Shown one piece after another: positions 12,805 through 25,464 of a stretch of DNA of 64,000 nucleotides; position 1 is the stretch's first letter, and each line of letters opens with the position of its first letter. Origin of the DNA: Utricularia gibba (Eukaryota; Plantae; Magnoliophyta). The notes beneath the pieces are model-generated. The model had not been told where the DNA came from. It worked only from the letters and a program-made list of their open reading frames with translations, and did no database searches. The DNA is taken from positions 434,001 to 498,000 of the forward strand of contig CM007989.1 of the NCBI GenBank assembly GCA_002189035.1, written 5' to 3'. A program made the translations under genes and the position numbers.

Positions 12805-13820
12805 CGGCTGATCGGCACCGCCCATGGCAACCGCTTTCTCTGTAATGTTGTTGAAAAGCTGAGTTGAACTCCGTGTCGTGACGTCACTATATGAAGGCCG
12901 ATGTCGTCATCTCTGTGTACTGTGAAAATGCGCATGGGTGATTTGGCAGTTGAATATATATATATATAATGAAATTATCAGTAATTCAACTCCAAAATAA
13001 GTAAAATAATTTACTAAAAAAAAGTATTTCTAAATTTTTGAGTTTTCAAAATAGAAATCAATAGTAATTAATAAAAAAATATTGTAACATTCTTTTTAGA
13101 AATATAATTTATTTAAATTAAGATTGAAATCACAATCTTTTAAAAATCACGGTTTAATCGTAAACTATTCATGATAAATATTGGATTGAATTCGAACTGT
13201 TATGAAATAGAAAAAAATAGATCACAATTTCAAATATAATTTAGTAAATGCTTTTTAAAAAAATATATTAAAAATATTTTTTAAGAAAACGAATAATTCA
13301 ATTGTCACGTTTGAATCATTCAAATTGCAAATTATTGGTGTCAACGATTTACGCTTTTTATTGACGATTTAAGACGTTGCATAAATGGATTTAACTCACA
13401 ATTCGATTTTGTGGATTCGGGTCGGGTTTGAATCCGGGTACCTCCATCTAATTTCGAAAAAAGAAAAATATTATATGAATAAAAGGGAGAATATATTGAC
13501 AGCAGTTGGAGACAAGGAGTTTTTGGCATAACTATGAAGCACACGAATGTTTATTTCTTGTATTTTTCTTTTATTTTTTAATATAAATGAATATTGAGAG
13601 GGGAAGGCGGGCATTGAAAACTCAGCAGTCTATGTATCCTACTTGAAAATGACGATTCCCTTCTAGTCAATTAGCTGGGATCAGCCATAATGAACCTGGA
13701 CACAACGGTGGTCCTCCTTCATCACTCGCTTTTGTTTCTGGAATGGCCAAGTTTTCCTTCCCCTGCTACACGTAGTTGGATGTGTATCTGGTCGAACTTG
13801 AACGACGATTCCGTGACGAA

Positions 13821-14950
13821 ATGGAAGCGGGAGGGCTCAAGGGGAGGAGTCCCCAAAGGGGAGATAAAGATTTGCTTCCCAAAGTTCCTTCCGGTGACGG
13901 TCCTTATGTTCGAGGAAAGCATGCTCAGGTACTAACTACTCCCTGAGTTTCTTCTTGTTTTCATGGAATATGGCACTGGGAAGGCGGTGAATTGAAGGGG
14001 AGTGGGATTAGTTTTATTGTGTGTTGATGATGATGGTGCTAGCAGTTAGTGGACAAGGATCCAGAGGCTGCAGTGGTCTGGTTTCGGAGAGCTGTAGGTG
14101 AAGGAGATAGAGTGGATAGTGCTCTGAAGGACATGGCCCTGGTGCTGAAGCAGCTTCATAGGACACAGGAAGCCATTGACGCGATCAACGATTTCCGGGG
14201 CTTGTGTTCAAGAAACGCACAGGAATCACTGGACAATGTGCTCATTGATCTGTACAGGGTGAGTGTGTGAATCCCCCCTTGTTCCCTGACAGGGCAGAGC
14301 TCACGGTCTTCTTCCATTGCAGAAATGCGGCAGAGTTGATGACCAGATTGAGCTTCTGAAGCATAAGCTCAGACTGATACATCAAGGGGAGCTTTTCAAC
14401 GGGAAGCCCACGAAAACAGCTCGCTCTCATGGGAAGAAGTTTCAAGTCTCTGTTAAACAAGAGACCTCCAGGATTCTGGCAAGTAGATAGATAGAACTGG
14501 AGCTAGAGTTTGTCTTTGTCTTTAGCTGCTGCTTCCTTGAAGTAAAAATGAATTTACAGGGTTGGTGTTTGTGGTGTTCAGGGAAACCTGGCCTGGGCAT
14601 ACATGCAGAAGCCCAACTTCATAGCTGCGGAGGTTGTGTACAGGAAGGCTCAGGCGATCGAGCCTGATGCAAACAAGGCCTTGAACCTCTGTCACTGCCT
14701 TTTAAAGCAGGGGAGGTATGATGAAGCTGAAGTGGTTTTGGACGATGTTTTGCAGTACAAGACGCCAGGCTCGGCTGAACCTAAAACGAGGGACAGAGCA
14801 GAGGAGTTGGCTCTGCAGCTGCTTAATGGGAAGCAGGGCACCGCTTCATCAGAACAAATGACGGGCAGGATCCAGTGGGCTCTCCCCAGATCAAGAAGGC
14901 TTCCTATTTTTGAAGAGATCACCCGATACAGGGATCAAATGGCATGTTGA
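13821..14950 (+). CDS. SDI1: SULFUR DEFICIENCY-INDUCED 1 / MS5-like TPR protein; exons 13821-13928, 14046-14258, 14323-14478, 14582-14950
   Basis: KVPSGDGPYVRGKHAQ, GDRVDSALKDMALVLKQ, QESLDNVLIDLY, KTARSHGKKFQVSVKQETSRILGNLAWAYMQ, C-terminal RRLPIFEEITRYRDQMAC. Confidence 0.9.
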
Positions 14951-15269
14951 CACGGCCTCATCAGTGCTGCTGGTTGCCGCTGATCATCATGTTTGTAAAA
15001 AACACACTGGGATGATACCGTTGTCAAGAATAAAACTGCTGTAATGTAGAGCATTATGGCAATGCATCATAGTTAAAGTAGTGTATACACCAAGCATTCA
15101 AGTACGACAGTATAAACATGGCAAGATAAGGAAAAAGAGTAGAGAAGCATACTATACTGAAGGACAGATACCGGATGGGACTCAAAAGAATTATGGCAGC
15201 AGAAGTAAATCTGATAACAGGCAACCATAGCCACCGCGCTGCTCAGTGAGGATGGATGAGGGTAAGGTT

Positions 15270-16707
15270 CTAGTGGCATTTGAAGCCATGACAAACCGAT
15301 AACACTATGATAAGGATCAGTGCAATGATGATGGCGAGGACGATAAGCTTTATCTTCATGTTCTGCAGCCACATCTTCTTCCTCATCTTGGTACCTTGCA
15401 CTTTGAAATCTTGTGCCTGCCAGCCCAAAGATCAACCGCATATCAAGCATGGTACAATATTAAACAGAAGAATAAGTAGCAGACATGTCGAATGCAATAT
15501 CAAGAAGATGAATCAACAAACCAGATATGATACAAACAGTCAAAAAACAATGAAGGCCCAAACCGAGTCTATGGAACCTAACATAGTGCAGTAAGACCAT
15601 GGACTTGGGTAGTCCCATTGAAAGAAAATCAAGAAATTTTCAACTTCAAATTGATGGCCGAAGATGAATTCTCAGACCTGAGAGCGAAGGTTCTCAGTTT
15701 TATCCACCAAAAGCTCAATCTTCTCTCCACGATCTAGAACCTGAGAGACAGCATCTGGAGGCTCAGACAATTTTCACGCATACTTCAGCTACTTCAATGA
15801 ATTCAGCAGCATTTACGAAAAAAAGGTAATAAAACAGCATTCTGTATTTCAGTGAACCTTCTCAATGTTCTCCATCATAACACCCTTGACTTCGGAAACC
15901 TGAGCCTTCACTTTTGCAAGCTTACTAATCTCCTCCGGATGATCTACACAGTACTGCATTTGCTCCTTCAACTTGGGTCTGATTGTTACGGTAATCCAGT
16001 TATCACGATGGAAACATAAATTTAACACATGATGATATTACAGAATTAGAGCAAATCTTACCCGAACTCCTTGTTCAAGCTATTAGCAACAGAAGTGGCA
16101 GCTTTCCCCCTCCATATTTCTTAACAAACTCCTCCTTGATCCGCTCGAGAAACGCAATAGGAATCTGCCTTCCAACAGATTCAACAGCCACCACACAATA
16201 CGCTGTGAACAGAAAAATAGATTTCAAGCTCCCGAAAAAGGAGATCAAGTGGCCTGAATCAGCTAGAAAATGCCCATGCGCGCTAGGTTGTAGAACAGAA
16301 ACTGTACTCATTTATGTACCATAACTGAAACTGGCGAATTCACAGAGCAACAATCCAATACCAAACAGTTCGATCGAATAAATGCGTATTCAAAGATCAT
16401 CCAATTCTTGAAAATTCATCAACCCCCACCCAATTAAATAAATAAAAGCTAAACAACAGATAACAGAACTAATCTAGGGATTCGTAGTGAAGACCGGATG
16501 CAAAAATCGGCACATACTGAATCCGTCCTCGACGAGGTAGTTGAAGGTGTGGTTGTCACAGTTGTAGGTAAACTTGTTGTTGGTAGCGGGGAGCTTCTGG
16601 AGACACTGCGCGGCGATTCCAGTGAAATTCCCGGTGAACTCTGTGTACTCGGAGAGAATCACCGTCCCACGCGCCACGAAGCTGTAGATCAACGACTGCT
16701 GCCCCAT
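15270..16707 (-). CDS. VAMP72: Vesicle-associated membrane protein VAMP72 family (longin R-SNARE)
   Basis: [70 protein letters not shown]...VCHGFKCH*. Confidence 0.95.
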
Positions 16708-16973
16708 TTCTATCCCCCCCTCAGATCCGAGGAACAAAACCCTTGACGCGGAGTTCCTGGTCGAGAAAATCAAGAAATGAGGAAAGCGAGTCCAAAGGCC
16801 CAAGCAGTAGAGAGAGAGAGACAGACAACACCTCCCCTGATGTTTAGCTTTTACCTTTTTCTTAAATAGAACGAGTTCTCTGTTTAAATTCAAAACCATC
16901 CCAAATTACGGATGTGCCATCGGTCTGGGACCCAGCGCCTCCTTATCGTTTCCCGAACTGAGCCTTTCCATAA

Positions 16974-17023
16974 GGCCCATTCGGGTGACAATGCCACAGC
17001 CCATTGAAGTACACCAGGCCCAA
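16974..17023. promoter_or_regulatory. Site II element cluster upstream of VAMP72
   Basis: ggccca, agccca and ggccca lie ~270-315 bp upstream of the ATG. Confidence 0.5.
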
Positions 17024-17449
17024 TCCAACAATAATTCTGATACACTGAATTTGATTAACCCAAAATTTTTTATTATAAATACATTTATTGAATTTTAAAT
17101 ATATGATATTTAAAATAGAAATAAATGAAAAAGTTTTTTGGGTATCCAGTTGTCTTGAAAATAAATTATTATAAATTATTTTTTAAATTATGGTGTAATT
17201 GATGAGTCACCTGGGGCGAAGAAAGAGAGAGTGAATGGCTGGTTCTCTTTCCCTCAATCAGGGAGAGGAAGAAGACACCTTTTAGTAGTCGGTAGCGAAA
17301 TTTTCAGACACGATGCCTTTCAAGTCTCGCCTTTTTGTGAACCCTCTTCCTTTCCAACTCCCTCCCTCAACCCCCTTTCGGTTCAGTCATTCAATCATAC
17401 TTCTTCTTCTTCTTCTTCTTGGCGTTCGTGCTTCCTGCTTCCATCTTGC

Positions 17450-17668
17450 ATGGAGACTTCATCTTTCAAGCCCCTTCCCGTTCTCATCTTGGTGCTCCTT
17501 CTCGTCGACTCGACGACCGCGCCGCCCCAGGCCACGCCTCATGCTTCTCGGGAGAGGAAAGCTGTTGGAATGGAGGGAAAGAGTCATGGCTTTGGATCAA
17601 GGAATGGGGTGTTCGTGGAGAGTGCTCATGAGGTTCCTAGTGGGCCTAACCCCATCTCCAACAGGTGA
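17450..17668 (+). CDS. CLE41: CLE41/44 (TDIF) peptide precursor
   Basis: Signal peptide (LPVLILVLLLVDS) and the exact TDIF dodecapeptide HEVPSGPNPISN at the C-terminus. Confidence 0.93.
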   Translation: METSSFKPLPVLILVLLLVDSTTAPPQATPHASRERKAVGMEGKSHGFGSRNGVFVESAHEVPSGPNPISNR

Positions 17669-18635
17669 AGGAAATGATGGATCCTCTGCTGCCCCTGGTG
17701 CCATACGGATGAATTAGTGAATGTCTTCTTCTCCTCATTCATCGCCCTCTCTAGCCTCTTCAGAGAAAGGGAGTATCCCATTTCTTCTCCCTCTGTGTGA
17801 TGATTGCTGATCTTGATCTTTGTCAAGAAAACGAATCCCCTATTGATGTTAATGATGAATATGATGGTTCATCCGTCTGATGAAACTGATGCATGCATTG
17901 GGATTTCTAGGTGTCTGGATCTTGCTTTTGTCCAAGGAAGAAAAAAAGCTAATCATCATCATCATCGTCAAATCTTTCATTTCATACTTTTCATCACACT
18001 TTCACATCGCTGTCTCACTCACTACCGAATGAATTATGAAGCACCGTGCGTACATGTTAATTTCACAGCAATTTCATGCTACTTTCAAATGGAATCGTAC
18101 AACCTGCATCATTCATTGTGTTGGAGTTTGGGAAGATTCAGTAGACCGTACTACGAGACTGAGGGAAAAAGGTTGAATCTACAGTGATGTCACCAGTTCT
18201 CTGCACTAGAAATGAATGATAATGGTATAAATCCATTCAATTTGATTACCAAACTGTGAATTGTATTCGTAGTCGCGTTCTTACATGGAAAGTGAAAATG
18301 AAGCCTCCATGTGCATGTGCCACCTAACTCTCAGACAAGATAGTTCCTTGCCTATTGGATGAATCCCAGATCCCTCTGTCTGCCTCTGGCATTCCCTCTC
18401 TGAATATGTAATATGATTCCCTTGGTGCTGAAAAGTTCACATCTTTGTGTTGAAATTCTACCGAAATTAACCATTTTTAACTTTTTTTCTACCAACAAAA
18501 GTTTGTAGGATCCTTCATGGGACCCCGTGAATCACAACCACTTGTTCGTGGCTTGAGGATCACAAAATCTACAACCAAAAAGTCTATGTTGCTCGAATCA
18601 TTGTGGTCTCATTTCTTCAGCAAATCTTGTCCAAA

Positions 18636-20433
18636 ATGGTGTGTATGGAAGCTAGGATAATTCCGCTACCCCTAAATCCTCGATCTGCGAACTTCCTAGG
18701 CACCAAGTATCACCAAAAAACCTACCGATTTTTATCATTAAAGTGTTCCCAGCAGACAATTCAGCAAGACGCTAAAAAAGATTCAGTTTTTACCGAAGAT
18801 GAAACTCAGCTAATCAATGCCTTGATTGGTATCCAGGGCAGAGGCCGCTCTGCTTCTCCTCAGCAAATCAAGGTACTTAACTATTTGATTGTTCTTGTAT
18901 CATTTGGGTTGTTTACCATGTTTTGTAACACAGGCAATTGAAAGAGCTGTGGAAAAATTGGAACTTGTTAAGGGTGTCGATAATCCAGTAAGTCTTCTTC
19001 CTGTTTCTGGTCTATTAAGTTTGAGGGTGTGAACGCGGTGCTTCTTGAATGAGAATTCTGAATGTCTGCACTAAACAGACTAGTTCGAGCTTGATTGATG
19101 GAAGATGGCAGTTGATGTTCACTACAAGGCCTGGAACTGCTTCCCCAATTCAGAGAACATTTGTTGGGGTGAATTCTTTCAGTGTGTTTCAAGATGTGTG
19201 TCTTGGAAACACAGATTCTCGTATATCAAACATTGTCAAATTTTCTGAGGCAATTGGTGAGCTCAAAGTTGAGGTATGGTTGGTGAGCACTAAACAGACT
19301 AGCTTCTGCGCAATGAGGATTCTCTAGTGGGAAATAGTTATGTCTCTGCATTTTATACAGGCAAAGGCTTTGATCAAAGATGAGAAGAGGATCATTTTTC
19401 AGTTTGACAGAGCTGCATTTTCCTTTAAGTTCCTTCCCTTCAACGTACCTTATCCTGTTCCATTTCGTCTATTGGGTGATGAAGCTAAGGGCTGGTTAGA
19501 CACTACTTATTTGTCAAAGTCCGGGAACATTCGAATTTCAAGAGGGAACAAGGTGAAAAACTGTCTATTCAAACAGTTTATGCACTTGCTGTTCGTTGGT
19601 TCTATGCTCTAAAGCACCTGGTATCTTACTCCAGGGAACAACATTTGTGCTGCAAAAGGAGACGGAGCCTAGACAAAAATTGCTTGCAGCTATTGCAACA
19701 GGCCAAGGTGTAAGCCAGGCTGTTGAAAAATTCGTTGAAACAGCATCTAGAAGTGATGTTGAACTCAGTCAAGGAGAATGGCTGATGATGTGGAGTACAC
19801 AGGTATAAGTTTTTCCATTTCATTGAAGCGAATTGTTTGGCAGTCTGCTGCTATCTATGTGTACTTTCAGGAAGCAACAGAGAGCTGGCTAGAGAATGCT
19901 TCCAAGGGATTAATGGGAAAGCAGGTACTCCAACTTTCCATCTTCTTCCCTGCATCCTTTTTTCATGATGCTTATAGATGGAACAATGGCAGATAATCCG
20001 GCCAAACGGGGAAATTAAGTTCCTAGTGGACATCCTCTTTGGCTTCAAATTTTCCATGACAGGGAAATATGCGTAAGTTGATGCTCTTGCTCCACACTAG
20101 AACACATCAAACATATATACTAGCTTGTGTTCTTACCTGCTTCTGTGTCTGTGTTCTGAAGGAAATGTGGCTCGAACACTTACGAGGTCACGATGGATGA
20201 TGCAGCGATCATAGCAGGTTCGTATGGGATTCCACAAGAAATGAGAACGGGCTTCACCATTCAACTCATGTAAGAGGAGACACTTTCACAGTATGAAACA
20301 GGCTTTCTGAGTTCAAACCATGGTGCTAACTGGTAGTAATGCCTGCCACTACAGATACGATGATGGCAAGATTCGGATCAGTCGCGGGTATGATGACATT
20401 CTTTTCATTCACATCCGTATTGATGATGATTAA
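18636..20433 (+). CDS. FBN10: Plastid lipid-associated protein 12 / fibrillin (two PAP domains), multi-exon
   Basis: Transit peptide, ETQLINALIGIQGRGRSASPQQ, WQLMFTTRPGTASPIQRTFVGV, LLGDEAKGWLDTTYLS, last exon YDDGKIRISRGYDDILFIHIRIDDD*. Confidence 0.88.
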
Positions 20434-20669
20434 GAGATGGTTTCATCATTTACAAGTAACACATTCCCTCAGACCTGCACATTGTAGTCCCATTACCAGC
20501 CACTTGTCCAAAATGCCTTGTATCTCATTTGATTACAAATATGTCCACGATTGTGCAGAGGCATTCAGACACAACAGTATTTCCACAATTCAAACACTAA
20601 AGAACAAGGCCAGTAACTTTCTCAAATTATGTGCTCTTCTCAGTGCGGTGGCTGATGAAAGGGACTATT

Positions 20670-21494
20670 TTATTTGTATTTTTCCATGATTCTTCTAGCC
20701 TCTTCAAGACTATCCTCCACAGAAGTGGAAGTGGTTTCTCCTCCATTTCCCTTTGAGCCTTGGTCTTTGTTGAGTGATAAGAATGCAGCGTAGCTTAGCG
20801 CCATAACTGCCTGTTATCACACCATTCAAAGCAGCTTCTTATTTGTTGCAGAAAGCAAAAACCAAAACAAAATGTTGGTTACTATTAACAAGGGAAGAAA
20901 TTGGTACCACTGCGAAAAACAGCGTAGAGATGAGGGATTTCAGCACAAAGAGTGCTAAAGAAACGGCAAGTACAGTTACAGATATCCTTGCTATAGGTCT
21001 CGGAACAGCATCCTACACGATCATATCAAGCAAGGGTGATTAGGTGTTAGTTTAGGCATGTCAAACATAGCAAGAGTCTATGCTGACTTACCGGCACCAA
21101 CTTCATGCCGAACCCAACGCTGCTCTTGCCCGCATTCCAGACGGCTAGAACAGCTGTTGCACAACAAAATACGATATGAAATCACTGGAAGTTTCAGGCT
21201 TTCCCTCCATTCACAGCCATAAATACAAAGGAATCTTGAAATAAACAAAAGAAGCCAAAGATGAAGGGTACTTTTCAAAAAACCGGATTGTCCGGAACAG
21301 CGGACCGCAGAAGGGCCACGTTTCTGATACTGGAACCGCTTAATTACTCGAACTGAAGAGAAAGATGACTTCTTCAACTTAAAACTAAGAGGTGAGACCG
21401 ATGGAGGAGATATTGAAGACAGAATACTTTTGGAACCTGACACGGACGGAAAGAAGGGAAGGGTGGCTAAAGAAGCACCACAAATGTAAGCCAT
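20670..21494 (-). CDS. Uncharacterised chloroplast-targeted small membrane protein (about 4 exons)
   Basis: Ser-rich transit peptide ending AVRCS. Downstream exons read DAVPRPIARISVTVLAVSLALFVLKSLISTLFFAV|AVMALSYAAFLSLNKD...EDSLEEARRIMEKYK*. Confidence 0.7.
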
Positions 21495-21638
21495 GAAACT
21501 CGATTTCGGTGGCCACTGATCACTCCGTCGACGCCATCAAATACGGCGGCGCAACCACCGTGCTGAACGGCTGAGCAGAACTGAGAATTCCTGAATCAGA
21601 TAAGGCATTGAATGAATATGGAGAACGGACAGAAAGCT

Positions 21639-21715
21639 ATGGGCTTTTTGGGTTCAGGAGTCGCGGTTGGCACAGACGATGGGCCCATTAAAAGATGCGA
21701 AAGCCCAGAGGCCCA
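21639..21715. promoter_or_regulatory. Site II cluster in a shared divergent promoter (chloroplast protein gene / RH41)
   Basis: tgggct, tgggccca, agccca and ggccca lie between head-to-head ATGs at 21494 and 21780. Confidence 0.6.
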
Positions 21716-21779
21716 ACCAGGGAGGGGTTTCTGGTGCTTTCCTGATCTCCTCCGGAATTTGGCGCAGCGATTGGGGATT

Positions 21780-23657
21780 ATGAATCCTTGCACAACAAGT
21801 TCGATGCATTCCGGCGAAAATCCTCCGGCAGGAAAGTTTAATTTCATCACGTTAATTTATCTGTGCAGTTGCCTTAAGAAAAAGACGCAGTGCTAAAAGA
21901 TGTGGACAATTGCTGCCACTTTTCCCTCCTTGTTTCCGTATCTTTCAAAATTCGCACTGAATCCATGTTCGCCAATATGTATTTTCTTGATCAGGAAGGG
22001 ACTGCTTCCAAGCACCGCTGTGGATGATTATTTGGCCATATCTACCCTAATTTTGGTGTAGTTTGGTTTCTGGGGAGGCTTGATTTCTCCTTACTAATGT
22101 TTTCCTTCTTGTTCTGTTGCGGCTGCAGAAGATGATGTGAAAGAAAGGCGTGAGGATCAAAGGGAAGCATTGCCTGGAGAACCTATCTGCGTTGTATGTG
22201 GGAGGTATGGTGAGTACATATGTGATGAGACTGATGATGATGTGTGCAGTATTGAGTGCAAAAGGTCTCTCCTCGGCCGGGTTGAGAGTTCTCTGGCTTC
22301 ATCGAGAAAACCACCGTCTCTAAGAATACCAGCTACGGATGAGTGCTACTACATCCATGATGCACATCAGAAACTGGAAAAGGGGTATCGAAATAGTCAG
22401 TCTGAAGTGATTAGGAGGAAACTTGAAATAGTCGTAAAGGGGGACAATGTTCCGGAACCCATGTTGTCTTTTTGCTCCGGCAATCTTCCTGAGAAGCTCT
22501 TTCAGAACTTAGGAGCTGCAGGGTACGACATACCAACTCCTGTGCAAATGCAAGCTATTCCACTTGCCTTATCTGGGCAGAGCTTGCTCGTCTCAGCTGA
22601 AACTGGGTCAGGGAAAACTTGTTCCTTTCTTGTCCCTATAATTTCACACTGTGCAAAGCTGAATAATTTCCCTCAGAAGCCTGCAGCATTGGTACTTGCT
22701 CCAACTAGAGAGCTCTGTATACAGGTGGAGGAACAAGCGAAGGTGCTTGGTAAGGGGTTGCCCTTCAAGACTGCACTGATAGTGGGAGGTGATGCCATGG
22801 CAGGGCAAGTATACCGCATACAACAAGGTGTTTCCATGATTGTGGGAACGCCGGGACGCCTTATCGACCTTCTGAGCAAACATGATTTCCCTTTGAATAG
22901 TGTATCCATGTTTGTGGTTGATGAAGTTGACTGCATGATACAGAAGGGGTTCCTTGAGCAAGTGACGCAAATTTTCAGGGCTTTGTATCAACCCCAAGTA
23001 TTGATGTACTCTGCCACGGTTTCCAAACAAGTTGAGATGGTTGCACTCTCAATGGTAAAGGAGATTGCGGTTGTTTCTGTAGGGATCCCCAGCAAACCCG
23101 CCAAAGCTGTCAAACAGTTAGCCATATGGGTGGAGTCCAACAAAAAGAAGGAAAAGCTTTTCAGTATAATAAAAAGCAAGCAGCATTTCAAGCCTCCGGT
23201 TGTGGTGTTTGTGGAATCAAAACTGGGAGCGGACCTACTTTCTTCTGCAATCACAACAGTTACAGGGGTGAAGGCTCTATCAATCCATGGAGATAAACCC
23301 ATGAAGGAGAGGAGAGAAGTGTTAAGTTCATTTTTGCTGGGGGAAGCGATGATTGTTGTGGCCACCGGAGTTTTAGGCCGAGGAGTTGACCTATTGCACG
23401 TCAGGCAGGTGATTGTTTTCGACATGCCGAATTCGATCAAAGAGTACGTGCATCAGATTGGGAGGGCGTCTAGAATGGGGGAACAGGGAACTGCCATTGC
23501 ATTTGTAAACGATGAGAGTAGGAAGCTGTTTCCAGACTTTGTTCAGCTACTCAAGTCAAGCGGGGCTGCTGTTCCTCCTGAGCTCGCGAACTCAAGATAT
23601 GGTAATCCAGGCTTCGCTTCAGCCAGAAACCCCCCTTCAAAGAAAAGGAAACGTTGA
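21780..23657 (+). CDS. RH41: DEAD-box RNA helicase 41 (zf-HIT + DEAD); short first exon from 21780, main exon 22129-23657
   Basis: CVVCGRYGEYICDETDDDVCSIEC zinc finger, PTPVQMQAIP, AETGSGKT, PTRELC, VDEVD, SAT, HQIGRASR. First-exon boundary is uncertain. Confidence 0.9.
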
Positions 23658-23993
23658 TTCCATATGCTTTTTGTACTAATCCAGATTCCTCACGGCTTCG
23701 AAAAGAGATCAAGGAAGCAAGATGTAAATTGAAGATAGAATCACAAGTTCAGGGTCAGAAATTACTGAGTAGATCTACATGGCGCTTACTTACATGACCA
23801 AGCCACATCAATGTAGAAACGGCACAATGTCTATGAGCTAGCAGCTCCCCACCAACTGTGAATACTAGTAAAAAGACTACAAGTTTCATCTTGTACAGTT
23901 TGCCTTCATTGGGTCGATTATTTGCTAGTAGTTTCATTGATCTCAGTAACTAGTTATCTAACTCTGCACACCTTGCTGGAATTGTGATGCACA

Positions 23994-25464
23994 TTACTCT
24001 GTACTGTTTTCCATGACAACGTCTTGAACAGGCAAGTCGAATTTGTTTTCATCTCCACCCTCAAGGTTATCTGAGACATCACATGTAGATAAGCCGGTAG
24101 TGTTATCGGCACCAACGAGTTCAATCTCATTGCTTGTTCCTCTGCTGTCAAGGGCTCCAAGGTTACTGCTTTCACCGGCATCTGGAACGCCATTTTTCTC
24201 TGTAAATGTGACTGCATCGAAGTTATCTGTTTCATGACCTGAAGTAGACGCATCCAAAAGAACCTTTTTCTCGTCACTCAATTCCTCATGCCTGTGAACT
24301 TCTTCACGACTCTCACTTTCATTGTCAGACTCATTCTCCATCACTTCCTCGTTCATCTCTTCTCCTCTGTTTTGTTTTCTCTCCAGAAATTGCATTCTCC
24401 TTCTCAGATTTCCCAACTCACTCTCCATCAGGAACAATCTTTCCTTCAAAATCAAATTCTCCTCCTCCAAATGTGCAATATGGTTATCTTGATCATCAAC
24501 GCGATTTTCCAATACGGTATGATACTCCATGCTGGGAAGATTGTTCCTGTTTGGATTGTAGATCATTTCAAACCGACTCAAATCATGGTCCAACCTCCGC
24601 TCCAACTCGACATGCTCTTCGACATCAAGCTCACTGGAACCTCCTTCATCCTCCTCCTCATTTTCATCTCCGGGTGACCTCAACCTAATCAACCCCTTCA
24701 TCGATCCATATCCATCTACTCCCCATTCTTCCTTCGCCATATCCACCAAAACTTCTCGAGATGGGGAGAAAAAAGGAGAGGGTAAAATCGCAGGTGTCCC
24801 CGGAGAAGGAGATACCAGCGATGCTATACCCCACTTTTCTTCGCTCTGATTATAAAAGAAGTGGTATTTCTTGGAGCGTAAGGTGCAGATCTGCCGCTGC
24901 TGTTATCGTAAAAATCATTATGATTTCCCTTGTCCATGTTAACACCACCACTTTTGTTGAACCTCTTTTTTGGAAAAAACTTCCTCGTCTTCAATCGGTT
25001 TCGATGCTGCAATTCGTTTAAATTTGGGGGTTGATAGTTTGTAAAACTTGAAGAATTTCCCAAGCCACCAACTCCCATCATTTTACCACCTGAACCGACT
25101 AGTGCTGCTACGTTCTGCTGTTCAATTCTCCTCTTATCGTTCACGTTGCTACTACCAGCCGCTTTCTTGCCCTTCCAGTTACTCCTTGGACCCAACGGTT
25201 TCTCAAAACCAGGCACAACCCCAGGAATTGGTTTTGAGCAACGAAAGTGAGCCGGTGGCGGCCACATTCCATAGCCTACACGTGCAGGAAGCATCTGTAG
25301 ACGATGATAATAAACAAATCATGATTTAAAAAATACTGAAAAATTTTGACAAACATGAATACTATTACCTGTTGTTGAGATTGATTCATATTCATCAAAT
25401 TGTGGTTGTTCAAGTTCATCAATGGCGGCAGCGGCTGCTGCTGCTGTTGTTGTTGGTTCATCAT
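23994..25464 (-). CDS. PRL1-interacting factor A-like coiled-coil protein (HEXIM-like motif order); exon 25464-25369, then 25294-23994 with a 1 bp frameshift near 24829
   Basis: Q/N-rich N-terminus, APYAPRNTTSFIIRAKKSG, EEWGVDGYGSMKGLIRLR, ERRLDHDLSRFEMIY and coiled coil HLEEENLILKERL. Adding one G restores KSGGIASLVSPSPGTPAILPSPFFSPSREVL. Confidence 0.8.

Noticed and set aside
13410-13445. Short palindrome ggattc-gggtcgggtt-tgaatcc as a MITE end
   Set aside because: No matching second terminus or target-site duplication found.
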